Shown here in pieces: positions 38,690 to 51,161 of a DNA stretch of 64,000 nt. The notes under the pieces were generated by a model. That model searched no databases, was not told where the DNA came from, and saw only the letters and a list, made by a program, of their open reading frames with translations. Origin of the DNA: Marsupella aquatica (taxonomy: Eukaryota > Plantae > Marchantiophyta). The stretch lies in assembly GCA_973895155.1 (NCBI GenBank), contig OZ316893.1, forward strand, positions 19,162,857-19,226,856, in the 5' to 3' direction. Within the stretch, counting starts at the first letter, position 1. Every line of letters begins with the position of its first letter. Both the position numbers and the translations under genes were made by a program.

Positions 38690-38895
38690 ATTGTTCCTTT
38701 CTTGACCCCCCATTCTCTCACCTTCCCTGCTCTTTTGTTCCTCTCTTGACCCCCATTCTGCTCACCCTGGCCCCGCTTTCCCTCTTTTTGCTTCCTTCGT
38801 TGACCCTCCTTGGCTCCCTTCCTCTTGTCTTCCTCCCTTGACCCCCATTCTCTCTCGCGTTGGCAGTCACTCCATTGACGCCCATTCTCTCACGT
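38690..38895. repeat. Second array of the CT-rich tgacccccattctctcacc minisatellite
   Basis: Same unit as 25858-26430. Confidence 0.75.
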
Positions 38896-39683
38896 TGGCC
38901 GTCCCTCCCTTGACCCCAGTCCCTAGCCGTGGCCCTCCTCCGTCTCTCCTTCCCAGCCCTTCTCTGCCCTTGCCCCTGCCCCTGCCCCTGAGTACGCGCT
39001 GCTGCGCTGCTGCTCTGCTATGTTTGCTCGCTCTGTTTGCTCTCGTCTTCGTCGGCTGCTTCTTTCTTTGTGCCGCAATTTTAGAGTAGACAAAGAGTGC
39101 ATTCATTCCTCCCTCCGCGCTCCCTCCCTCACGCTGCTGCTTTGCGTGCACACTCTTTCCTCTTCTCTAGAATAGAAGCCCTCACAGAGTCTGTTTGTTC
39201 CAGCGGCAGGCAAGGACGAGCGCCTATCGATATACAACAATTTGCGAGAGCTGCGGACAGAGGAAACGCAGGACGGAAGGGAGGCAGCGGGGCCTTTCCT
39301 TTCCTTTCCTTTCCTTTCCTTTGCGTTGCTAGGCCAGGCTCGCACGCAGTCGACCATTTTGCTCTGGCAATTCCGCGGGCTTGTGCAGGTGGAAGATGAA
39401 GCCGTGTAGTCCCGATTGCAAGAAGCTGGTAGTAGTGAATGTGTGACAGCCGCTCGAGGCGGAGGCGGAGGTTAAGATTGAGAGACAGAGAACCAGGCAC
39501 AAGAGTTGCCAATTTGCTTGGATTCGTATTTTGTTGATTAGGTCTGTCTGGTCTGGTCTGGTGTACGAAACTGGACGAAGATTATTAGGTTTTAAATCGT
39601 CAGAAAGGAAGACCAAGGGCGAATCTGAGCGAGCCAGGCTCATCAAACTTTCTTTCTTCGGTGGTCCTCATTTGAAGATCGGA

Positions 39684-41480
39684 ATGACATCTTCAGGCTC
39701 TTCAGTGATTGGTTTGCCGTTTGACCCGCTTTGTCTCGTTTCGCTTTGCTAGCATGTCTGGCTGCCTTGCCTCTCGAATTGTCATGTTTTCGGGCGAGAG
39801 AGACCTTGGAATCGTTGTTGCAGAAGATCTCACGATCGTGATGCGACGCCATTCTTGTATTACTGATGGATAGGAGCACTTTGGATGGCGGGGACGTACG
39901 CTCATCAGAGTCTGGATTTTAATATTTCTGTTAAACACTACCGAAACGTAGCTACGAGCTCAACAAACTGTGGCTGACTCAATCAGTATTTTGTTGTGGT
40001 GATGGTTGTCGATGTTTTTGTGCGCGCGCAGTTCCAAGGAACTTTCGGTTGCTCGAAGAGCTTGAGAGGGGAGAGAAGGGCATCGGGGACGGCACTGTTA
40101 GTTATGGAATGGACGATGGCGACGACGTGTTCATGCGCTCATGGACAGGCACAATCATAGGTCCTAATAATGTGAGTTGCTATGCTATGTTACGTTTTGC
40201 TAGGCTAGGCTAAGCTGAATGCAACGATTAAATGACCTTTATTGAATGATGTGAGTTTCATATCTTGGACCGGATCAAGTTTCGATCCGATCCACGCATT
40301 TGATTTTGGTCTAGTTGGTGGTACATTTCTTGAGTGAGCCACTATTTCCCTCGTAAGTACGCGTGTGAATTGCCCCGTGATTATTCATCATTTATTCCTG
40401 CCTTGTCCGATGATGTCCCTCGTAAGGTGTAGTAAACTATTGGTACTTCGTTTGTTTTGTGCAGTCCGTACATGAAGGACGGATTTACACTGTCAAGCTT
40501 TTTTGTGACAAGGACTACCCTGACCGGCCTCCAAGCGTGAGGTTTCACTCCCGGATAAATATGACGTGCGTTAATCAAGACTCTGGCGTGGTAAGTCTCG
40601 CTGGATACCTCCGTTACTTTGTCAGTTGAGGGCTGCTGTAATGTGAGCTGTGAGATGTGTGTGTGGTTCACTGTTTATTGCGTCTATAGGAAACTAATCT
40701 ACTAGTCTATGCAGACGTTGAAAGACTCCAAAGAAGCATTCTCCTTACTAAGTTGGTTTCTTAGTTTACGCTCGGGCAAGGCTTGACTTGAGATGTGTGG
40801 TTAAACTACCTTCGGCAGTTTTCGCGGGATATATCTCTGAAATTTGCGGAATCTGTTTCTGTGTCATAGATCGGATTTTGTGTCCAGTCCAAGTCTGTCT
40901 ACCGTAGTTAAGGTTTCCTCAATTGCCGAAGCCTTCTTGTGAAAACAAAAAGAATCAGGTGAACAATTTTGAAATTTGTACTAATTGAGATACAACTCCA
41001 GATCCTTTCATGGAAATAAATCAACTTTTAGAAGCAATTCTGTCATTCAGAGTTGTATCTTCAAGGGTAACATGTGTGATAAGGTGCAGGCAGGAGCATG
41101 TAGAAACGAACCTTTTTACCAAGCCTTGCTTGCAGGATGAGCTCAGCCAGACCTAATATGCAAATGTTCCTGGTAGGGGCTAGTTAACATGTGGACCCAG
41201 AGTTGGGCTGTATCGCCCTCGTAATTCTGGGGGCCGGAGTCGCCTGATGATGAAGACGTATATCTATTTATTAATAGATAGATAACGCATTGTATCTGGC
41301 ATCTGATAGCAATCTGATATCTGTTTATTGCCTTTTCAGGTAGATCCAAGGCATTTCTCTATGCTAGCACAGTGGCGCCGGGAGTTCACCATGGAGAATA
41401 TACTGGTTGAGCTAAAGCGGGAAATGTCTGCTCCCTCCAATCGTAAACTGCAGCAGCCACCTGAAGGCAGCTTATTCTAA
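39684..41480 (+). CDS. UEV1: Ubiquitin-conjugating enzyme E2 variant UEV1/MMS2, 144 aa; exons 39684-39711, 40032-40171, 40465-40590, 41340-41480
   Basis: [61 protein letters not shown]; GT-AG introns, 435 nt. Confidence 0.96.
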
Positions 41481-42402
41481 AGTGCGTTGTAAGTGTTTGT
41501 TTCTCTGTTTGGAACCAGGGGATACTGGACCTCGGGTGCATTTGTGGGCAAGAAATGGATGCAATTTAGCAGTGCTTGCAGATGAGGGGACCTCGGAAAG
41601 GTTGTCCTTGAAGCAGGATTTTCCTTACCATGTAGCTATAAATTGTGATTGGATGACGACGGGGTAGAGGATATATTTGATATCACTCGCTGAAGGGGGC
41701 AATGTTTTACCTCAAGAAGTTACAGTGAATTGCTGTACTTCAATTCAGGACTTGCCGCTGTGAATGCCATATTTCCTAGAAAGTAGGATTTCGAACATTT
41801 TGGGAGGTCTGTGTCTGACATCCTCATATGGAATGAAAGATGTGCTTCCGTTTGAGTAAGATGCAGTTTGGAACAGATATTTTTATAATTTGTTCTGTTC
41901 ACATCCCGCACTAGGATTTGTATGAGTGGTGAATGCACGGAGCCCAGATTCCCATTCATGGAGAATCGGCAGACTTGAACATCCTCTTTTTTAAATGAGT
42001 TACCCTAGGTTCCGTTTGCTTTCGGTATTCTCGTCAATATTCTGGCAGTTCACAATTTCCGTGAAGAATATTAACTTGAAATTGAGTCAACGGTGTTGAG
42101 TCTTCCATCCTAGTGCACTTGAAGGAGTAGAGCGGGTGCACTTTTATAGTCCATAGTATCTTCTTAGGAAGCTATTCATAAGACGCATACTGTTTCGAAT
42201 GCTTTGGCACATTAGTTACAAATTGAAAAGGTGCAGCATCTACGGCATGACAGGTGTACTTAGCCACTAGTACATGGATCCTTCGTATCTTTTGTCTGCA
42301 CAACATTTATCATCTGATTTGTTATGGAGGAATGAGCTAAAGGCCTTCTGACTCTTCATCATTGGTGGTCAGGCAATGTGCATACTAAATAATTGTGGAG
42401 GT

Positions 42403-42558
42403 CATCAATTGGAGCTGGCAAGCTGTTCCTGGGTGTACAGGATTTGCTGTATGGTTGTTGATGTTCCGTTGTACGTTTTGGTAGCCTGACATCAATTGGA
42501 GCTGGCACGCTGTTCCTGGGTGTACTAAATCTGTTGTATGGTTGTTGATGTTCCGTTA
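42403..42558. repeat. Tandem duplication (~87-bp period)
   Basis: catcaattggagctggca.gctgttcctgggtgtac...gtatggttgttgatgttccgtt twice. Confidence 0.8.
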
Positions 42559-43571
42559 TAGTTCGTTTTGTAGCCTAGGTAGGCAGTTTATAGAGTCGCT
42601 TGGGGGCATTTCTTTGTTCGAAGTTTCTGGAAACGGGCTCATATTTTTTACCGGGTGCTGTTTAATTTGCACCTGTTCTTCCATGTTATCCATCCTCTGG
42701 TTAAGACCTGGAATTTCCGTACCAGTACTATGGTAAGTATTCTCAACACGTAGATGACTTGTCCTCATGTGTTTACGAGCTCCATCCCTTGTCTAGTAGT
42801 GTTATCCAGGGCGTCTGCTCAAGGCCAGAAGGCTCTGGCAGTCGCAATGAACTCAGACGCAATGAACTCTGTTTCACTGCAGTCGATTGGTAACTGTGCT
42901 TTGGTTGGCTTTGAGGATTCTATTGTTGACGGGCCACCTCAAGCGTAGGTCAGACCAGGAATCTCATATAGTTGCTGAAATGTATTTGAACCGGGTGAGG
43001 GCATTGCCGTGAGCCCTCTCCGCCATCCTTGGAATGGACAGGTTGACTGAAAAAGTTCTTGATATAACTGCTATTTTTACAGGTCTTCATGTTCTTCCAT
43101 GAATGTCACAGCGTTTTTGTTGTTTGGTTTAATTTGAAATGAAGTGCGACAACCATCAAGTTACGTGTATGGCTGGTATATGACAAGCCATTTTTGTGGG
43201 AAATGTGAAGCGATCATCCACTTTGAGCGTTTTTGGTTTGTGTAGTCTGGAGGTGTCCACCGTGCTTATGTTTCTGGTGTGTGTTGATGCTGCCCGCACT
43301 TGTCAGGCTGCTATGCCATAAAGATCACAATGGAATGGGTTGTCTGTCTTAAATCCAACTGGATTGACAGCATCAACGATATTCACTGCAATTTGTCTTT
43401 CCTGATATCATCATATGTTGGATGCGGTGCGAACCGAGCTACATATAACACTATGTTTGGTTACCTCCCATGCCCATAAGGGCTGCGCATTACATCCCTC
43501 TTCATGGAACCTATCCCAAATGCAAGACATTGTGACAAGAGAGTCATGTGGACATCATGAGCAAAGATCAT

Positions 43572-43735
43572 GTGCAAGGTTGGACAAGGTCATCTGCAAA
43601 TCTGAGCAACATGGATGCACACACTGGTGCGGAAGGTTGGAGGTCATCTGCAAATCTGAGCAACATGGGATGCACACACCTATGCGCAAGGTTAGACAAG
43701 GTCATCTGCGAATCTGAGCAACATGGATGCGCACA
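43572..43735. repeat. ~55-bp tandem repeat x3
   Basis: aaggttggacaaggtcatctgcaaatctgagcaacatggatgcacac three times. Confidence 0.85.
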
Positions 43736-45028
43736 TCAATTTCTAATGCAAGGCTGTCAGTATTATAAAAGGCAACTTAGATTCACTCCTTGGGCAAAGT
43801 CCTGAAAGGGTGACATTCAAAGCCAGTTGTAAAATGGACTAGGCAAGGGGGGATACATTCTGTGATGGGGGTAGGAAGGATACACTCTTAGAAAACAAGA
43901 GTGACAAGAACTGTCTTGATTATATCACATAAAATCAATACCAATGCATTGCATGAAGGGTGGTCGCTACAGCTGTGTTGTTGACATTGTGAAAGTGTTG
44001 TGGTTGTGGAAGTCATAGTCGGTGTGGAAGTTGAAGCCTGGATGGACTGAGCCAGTGAACCATGCAAAGCCCCATGGCGAGCCCCATGGACGCCCTTACA
44101 CTTTTGCTAGTTGACACCCTTCCCATTTCCAAAATTTCTTTACCTAAAACTTTGATCTTCAATATCTCCCTTGATATCCAACACATAAGGGTGTCACTGG
44201 GCTATTAAAATTGGTTTGGAAACATCTTTTGAATGAGTCTAATAGCACTAGTTTTCATGAAGAATTACGAGAATTATGAATTTGTAAGGATTGCTCGGTC
44301 TCTCACTATCCACTGTGCTTCTGGAAGTTTTTGAGCAACTTATTTATCAAATTTCATGGAGAAATGAGAGATGTCTAGTCCTGTGTCTGGTATTCTTCTC
44401 AAAATTTCACTCATAGTGTACATGGGTGTAATATGTACCAGATGAGCAGAAAAAAGGGTTTTACTATGGTCCAGCCTGGTCCCAGAAGTTTAGTTGAACG
44501 TTTCGGCAAAACTGGAGGGCTACATCTGGTCTTCAGCTTCCCTGGAAAAGGGCTACCTCCACTGACTTGGGCAGTCAGTGGACCGGCTTTGGCACCAAAA
44601 ATGAGCCAGGGTTCTGATTGCCTGGAAGTTAAGTATAGATCATGGTTGCAGATGGAAATTTCACGCAACAGATAACCGGGAAAAATGCAACAGGTTTAGG
44701 ACCCCTATTTATTGTTCACGGGTGGAATTTCATGAGGGGTGTAACTCCAGAGGAGTTCGGGTGGTGGGACTCTGCTGTACTAGGAAGTCCCAACCCTTCT
44801 GCTTAGTTGAGGTTTTATACAACCCGGTCGCTGCGGGCCAGGTCACAGGTCACAAATTAATGTGCGGTTTCCCAAAAGTGCATCAGTGCATCGGCCTCCA
44901 CACCAAAAATTGGTCTGTATAAATCCTAGCAAATGCATCAGAATCCTACGGAAAAATGTCCATATTCAAGAATTCAATGATGTTGAGTTAATCTGCCAGC
45001 AGGTGTTGTGTCCTGTCTCAAGCGGAAT

Positions 45029-45140
45029 ACCCCTTGGGTTTAAGTTTGCCCTGAAGTTAAGTTTTGGCAAAGGTCTCAGAAAGAACCCTTGGGTTAAGTT
45101 TGCCCTGAAGTTAAGTTTTGGCAAAGGTCTCAGAAAGAAA
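45029..45140. repeat. ~56-bp tandem duplication
   Basis: cccttgggtt(t)aagtttgccctgaagttaagttttggcaaaggtctcagaaagaa twice. Confidence 0.85.
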
Positions 45141-45839
45141 TTTCATGGAGTGACTGATCAGTGGAAAACTCAGAACAGCCGGTTTTGAGACCTCTCTCCT
45201 CAGAGCTCTACCAGGCTCTTCAGTTTGCCGATAGGTAAGCTTTTAGGTTTTTGGTTCCTGGGTGTTCATCCTGGAGTGGTAGACTTTTGTGGGGGACTCT
45301 CAGGCTTTTTGGCTCTTTGGTCTTGCTGGGCTTTTTCCTTGTTGTCTCCCCCTTGTGGTTAAGGTTTCAGCTCAATCTTGGCTAGGTTGACGCACGTAAG
45401 TTAACTGGAGTTAACTTTAGCTAACTACTGTAGACTGTTCATGAAGGGATAACTCTCTTTGTACCCAAGTAGTTGTGACCTTTGTGTAAGTCAAAGATAA
45501 CTTGGACCATGGAACTATGATAATATGTACATTTTGTGTTCATAATAGAACTCTTGGTGCGATTGTAAACGTAGCCTGGATGGGGTGAATCATATATCTA
45601 AGTGTCGGTGTACTTGTGTGCAATGTGCTGGATGCATTAGGTATGTTGTGCTATCCGTTTTGATCCTACATCCCTTTTGCTTGTGTGATCATGTCTCTGT
45701 GGTGGGCGACTTTTCTTTTTTGGCATTTTGTGAAATACACTTCTATTTATTGGGTCTCTTGCCTCTGATAGGGAGTTCTGATTGTGCCTTATATATAGTG
45801 TGTCCTGGTATATATATATATATATATATACCTGTGCAT

Positions 45840-46420
45840 TGCACAAAAGATGTTATTTACTGAAAAGATAACATTGTGCAAAAGTTACAAAAAGGTAAAG
45901 ATGTTGTTTGCAGATGCCATAAGTCATTTGCAAAAAATAGAGGTATTTACTTGATCAACCCCAAATTGAAAAGTGTTACTTGATGGGACTTGGGTACATC
46001 AATTTCCTCTATCAACTGTCTTGATCACTTAGGAGTCTTATCAAGTAACACTTTCAGTTTGATGATCCATATATCAAGCATATTCCTTGCAAAAAATTTG
46101 ATGTTCCACAAAGATGTTGTTGTGTGTACAATGCGTTTAGCAAAATGGATATCATTGTGCAAAAGATGTAGGTACACAAAAGATGTCATTTGCAGGAAAG
46201 ATGTCATTGTCTAAAAGACCTCACTTGAATGTAGAAGAGATGATGTTGCAAAAAAGATGCCAATGCATAAGCAATGTCATTTTTGGAAAAGATGACATTG
46301 GCTAAAAGATGTAGTTGCAGAAAAATGTCTTGCAAAGGAGGTTGTTTATAGACAAGACGCTGTTGCACAAAGACAATGTTGAGTGAAAGATGATGCTGCA
46401 CAAAACATACCGTTTGCAAA
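45840..46420. repeat. Degenerate array of short caaaagatg(t) units, probably TE subterminal repeats
   Basis: aaagatg recurs many times, often ~18-20 bp apart. Confidence 0.5.
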
Positions 46421-48660
46421 AAAATACTCCTCTATGCTAGCTCTGCCTTGTTCCATCATTAAAACTTTGATTGATTCTTTTTAATTTAATCATTTACAAA
46501 AATTTTCTACTAGTAATTTAGACTTCATTCTACTTTTTACTCTCTATCTCTATCTTTCTCCAATAATGCAATTGCAGGGTGGGGGGTACTAGCTCTCCTC
46601 TCCTGCTCATGTACTAGTACATTTTTCCCATGCCCTTTTGTACAGCCCCCTCCTTTCCAGTTCCTTCTTTGCCCCCCTTATTGCTTCCCTCCTTGGCCAC
46701 CCCTGTCCCATTTTTTTCTTTGCCTCCCCTTTGTATTTTCGTTGGCACGCAACCATTTGTTCTTTGTGTCCCTTTCTGCTCCCCCTTTTCTTTGACACAA
46801 AAAAACACTATAAGACTGCCACTCCAAAAAGTGGAGGAACTTCTTATTATTGGCTGAACTTTGTTCGCAAAGGCCCTGTATTTATCCGCAATACTTGTCT
46901 TTAATACTTTGGTCAGATGACATATACACTTGTTGTAACTGGGCCCCATTGTATTGTCACGGTGGTTACAGTGAGGAGAGTAAAGTATTGTCCTACCAGT
47001 ATTTTCACACTTTCTTAAACCGCAGCTAGTCATGTAAAACGGGGAATGACTTCTCCCTTTTTCATCCTCTCAGGTGCCAAATTGCTCCATAAATTTAGGA
47101 AAGGATACTACTTAGTAAAACCAGGTTTTTGTCATGGCTAGTGATAGTTTAAGGTAAGATTAAACTATTGTAACCCTTTAACTTCCCATTATGGGTGTGC
47201 TTGTGTGTGAGACACTCACTTCTACAAGTAAAGTGTTCAACATTTAATAGCCTTCTATAACTCCTTTGGAATATAGTGATTATTGACCAAAACTGCAATA
47301 GCCTGTTGCCCGAATACCAAAAACTCCCCTCTCGAATCAAAAACAGTTTTGAGTGTCACTAGAGGAGTCTAAACCCCACTTTTGGGGGATTATGTGTTTA
47401 GATTCTCTTAGAATCAAAAGAACTTTTTGTTAAGTATTGCTCTTAGTCTTGTGACTCATAGGTTACGATAATTAAATTAACCATAACTACGGACTTAGTT
47501 GAGATTAGGTTAATTGAAAATGACCTTGCATATACCAGAGCTAGTGTAAGCCACTGGTATGTAATGTTTGCTCATTGTAACAAAACGACTTGAGAGAGAC
47601 AGAGAGCTCGTGTGTGAAGACAACTCTTGAGTAAAGTTTTGTGTTCATGTGGATGTAATCTTGAAGAAGAGGAATCACGTATTGATTGTGTCGATTCCAT
47701 GGAATGAGTCATGATCTTATCGTTACACAAGGCATGTGAACCCCCACTTTTGGGGGGATGTGTGTTCAAAGCTCACGGTGAGTTTTGAACTCAACTTTGA
47801 ATCAACACCTGAGTTGCCCACTCTCGCCTGCTACCAGTAACCCATGGACTGCAGGATGTTTATGAACAGACAACATTAAAGTCTTTTCTTGCCTTTATGA
47901 CCGTACTGTCCCACAGCTCCTTAAATACTAGGGGTTGTGTACTTGTGTGAGACCTCCATTTATTGGTCACTGGTGCCTTGTGCCCTGGTGGAAAGTGGAA
48001 AGGCATGAGGGGCGGGCAGGAATCCGGAGGAATTTAAAGCGGCGTGACTCTATCTCCTCAAACCTCAACGCGTGGTGAACAGGAACGGAGTTCACCTCCC
48101 GCCACGCATGGACGCCACAGCGTTGGCCCTTGCTGAGGCTACCTGCCTACCATCGCCGGCGAGCAAGAAAGCAAGGCAAACCGCAAATCAGGCAGGCATC
48201 AACAGAAGAAGGTGTGTACTACTTAGAGGAGACGAGGAACAGTGGAGTGAGGCGTGGCGATCGAAAGAGTATTGCAATAAGTGTTGAGACAGAATTCGTG
48301 GGGAGTTGGCTCTTCAACACCGACGTTTACAGAGAGCAAGAGACTTGGTGGGCAGTAGAGAGGGAGGGAGCTTCCAATCGCATTGAACCAGACGAATTGG
48401 GCTGTGATCGAGTCGACAGATCAGCTGGTCGAATTGTTGGGGACCTTTCCACATAAACACGAAGAGGGTGTACTTGGGAAGTGAGATACTGGATGTTCAA
48501 GATTGACGGACATAGCGAGATTTATTGTTGGGCAATATACAGTAGAGAGAGATTGGGAGCTTGTAACTACGTAAAATCAGCCGAATTGGGTTGGGATCGA
48601 GACGGCAGATCAGGTTGTGGAACAGGGGACGTTGCCACATCTTCATCCAGAGCCATAGCC

Positions 48661-50088
48661 ATGGAGGAGACGAAGAGGAGGATATGTGGAGATGTGCTGG
48701 TGGTTCCAATTGGAATGAGCGGGCACCTTAATCCCATGATGTACGTCGTCAAAGAGTTGCTGAAACGTGGCCTGACTGTCACCATGATGCTCTCTGACGA
48801 CGAGCTCTTGCTCATGAAGTCACACATCGACGTCAAGGACAACCCAAATTTTCACTTGGAGCTGGTAGCGTCTAGGACGAAAATGGGAGGCAAACTTGGC
48901 ATGGAGGTACAAACGCTGAATTTTGAGTTTGTTTGCGAGCCTTTCCTGAATCGTGTCCTGGCAGAGCAGCAGGCTGGTGGAGAAGGACCCAGGTGTATGA
49001 TTGTAGATCAGTTCATGATATGGAGTCACAGCTGGGCATCTAAACTATGCATTCCCAGATTTGTGTGCATAGTTTCACCGGCAACATACGGATATGCGAT
49101 GTACAATCATTCAGCTAATATAGCGAACGGGCTGTTACAGAGTAAGGAGGAGGACCCACTTCTAAATTTGCCTGGTATCCCACCCGTTAGTTTGGGTGAC
49201 CTCACAAGATCGGCCAAACATAGCTCCAAGTTGCTCACCAGCAATGGGGACAAGTTTGATGAAACGGAAGGCCTGCTTATGAACACGTTCTACGACCTGG
49301 AAGCTCCAGCCATCGACGCATTCAGTGCTCAAATCAAGAGCAAGGGAGGAAAAGGGCCAAAATTGCTTCCGATTGGCCCCATGCTCCCTGCTGAGTTTTT
49401 CAGTGAGGGTACATATCAAGGCGTAGCTAGTGATTCAGAGTGCATTCGGTGGCTTGATATTCGTCCTGCATCGTCAGTTGTCTATATCGCGTTTGGCAGT
49501 ATGGCAAATCTATCTCCACCTCAAATCCTGGAGCTTGCTAAGGGTCTGGAGGCCAGCAGCGAATCCTTCCTGTGGGTACTTCTTGTCCAGGGACCTCGGT
49601 ATAGGAATGTGGATGTCTCAACTCTCCTGCCACCTGGTTTCCAAGAACGAACTAAGGACCGAGGATTGGTCTATCCGGAGTTTGCTCCACAGCTTCAGGT
49701 TTTATCACATCCTGCAACTGGCGGCTTTTTAACTCACTGTGGTTGGAACTCTTCTGTAGAGAGTATTGCCAAGGGTGTTCCTATGATCGGATGGCCAATG
49801 GCAGCGGAGCAAAGGCTTTGTTGCAGGGTCCTTGTGGATCAAGCTAAGGTCGCCATAGATATTAGGCCTGGACGTAACGGATCATCTGACTTAGTGACAA
49901 GTCCAGAGGTGGCATCTGCTCTGAAGTGTCTGATGAGAGAGAAACAAGGCCAGGAGCTCAAGAAGAGAAGTTTGGAGCTACAGAGTCGAGCGAAAGCAGC
50001 TATGGCACCTGGTGGATCTTCCGTCAAGAACTTCAACACGTTGGTGGAAATTATCCGAAGTAGAGACAGCAGAAATCGAGCACATTGA
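48661..50088 (+). CDS. Family-1 UDP-glycosyltransferase, intronless, 475 aa
   Basis: N-terminal GHLNP (catalytic His), NTFYDLE, VVYIAFGS, PSPG box FAPQLQVLSHPATGGFLTHCGWNSSVESIAKGVPMIGWPMAAEQ, C-terminal GGSS; ATG in gccATGG context. Confidence 0.93.
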   Translation: MEETKRRICGDVLVVPIGMSGHLNPMMYVVKELLKRGLTVTMMLSDDELLLMKSHIDVKDNPNFHLELVASRTKMGGKLGMEVQTLNFEFVCEPFLNRVLAEQQAGGEGPRCMIVDQFMIWSHSWASKLCIPRFVCIVSPATYGYAMYNHSANIANGLLQSKEEDPLLNLPGIPPVSLGDLTRSAKHSSKLLTSNGDKFDETEGLLMNTFYDLEAPAIDAFSAQIKSKGGKGPKLLPIGPMLPAEFFSEGTYQGVASDSECIRWLDIRPASSVVYIAFGSMANLSPPQILELAKGLEASSESFLWVLLVQGPRYRNVDVSTLLPPGFQERTKDRGLVYPEFAPQLQVLSHPATGGFLTHCGWNSSVESIAKGVPMIGWPMAAEQRLCCRVLVDQAKVAIDIRPGRNGSSDLVTSPEVASALKCLMREKQGQELKKRSLELQSRAKAAMAPGGSSVKNFNTLVEIIRSRDSRNRAH

Positions 50089-51161
50089 TAGTCGCATTTG
50101 CGATTGTTGTATCCGTGCAGCTGTTTAAGTTAGGACCATCATTAGAAATTTATCATTACGCAAGATTTAATGGACGTTTATAAAGTGTCAATGAATCCGA
50201 ACATGTCCAAGAGGGGATAGAACTGGAACTGATGTGATTTTAGGATTTGTTCCGATGAAGCGCAATGTTGAAGGAAGAACCTCTCTTCGTGTCCCCTTGT
50301 GGGCTTCTTGTTTCTATACCATCGAGAGCATGTGCCATCCAACTTCCTTGAACGAGGCAATCTCAGAATTCAAAAGTAGTTTGACTGATTTGGCCTTGGA
50401 AGTTAAGTGCGTTTGAGCTTCCGATTAAGAGTCTTGGGCTATATAAGACCCGAATTTTTAAAGGAAAATTTGTGGTCGGAGAGTGAGATAGGCCTTTAAA
50501 CGCACTGAGTATGCTTACTGCTCAACCAGTGTGTTAGCATCCACTTTGTAGAGCCAACCTTGATTCGCTGTTGGCATCAATTTAAGTACAGTTGAAATGA
50601 CCACTCATAGACAGGGACAGCGTTCTCCAACCATCCCAGGCAAAGCGTGTCTTTCTCTGGATCCTCGTCCTTGTGGAGTGCCAGACGCTTGAATTTCTTC
50701 ATTGTTATGCATATCTAGTGTCTGCAATTAAACTCAAGCCTTTCATAGCTGTGGAGTGTTTGAGGTTGACAATATCTTATGTGGTGACGACAGAACATCA
50801 CCCTGGGTGGCTACACCACATAGCTGTTGCTCCAAAGTAGATTGCTTGTCATCTTCTCTTGTGGCTAACCTACATAGGTGCATTCTCCAAAGTAGACCAT
50901 ACTTTTCGGGCTACCCTATAGAGGTGCATGCACTAAAATAGATTGTCTATGATCTGTGGGATGGATCTGCTATTGGTTTCAAGACAAAACACCAAACGGG
51001 CACCAGACAAGGAGGCGAATGAGAGAGATAGGGAGTTAAACAGTTTTTACGGACTCCCATGGGAAGCTCCTTCCAAAATCTTTGGCAACACAGAGAACCA
51101 CATCAGCAATGTTAGTCACAAACAGAAAAATGTGGTTTTGCAAGAAAAAGAAATCTATTAT

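Noticed and set aside
43572-43735. CRISPR-like repeat arrays here and at 25858-26430
   Set aside because: Head-to-tail tandem units without unique spacers, eukaryotic context, no cas genes
47739-47790. Hairpins (cccccacttttgggggg; gttcaaagctcacggtgagttttgaac) as a Helitron 3' end
   Set aside because: No CTRR terminus at the expected distance and no matching 5' end found
48481-48660. 60-aa N-terminal extension of the UGT in the ORF track
   Set aside because: It begins at GTG (prokaryotic-style call); UGT homology begins right after the ATG at 48661
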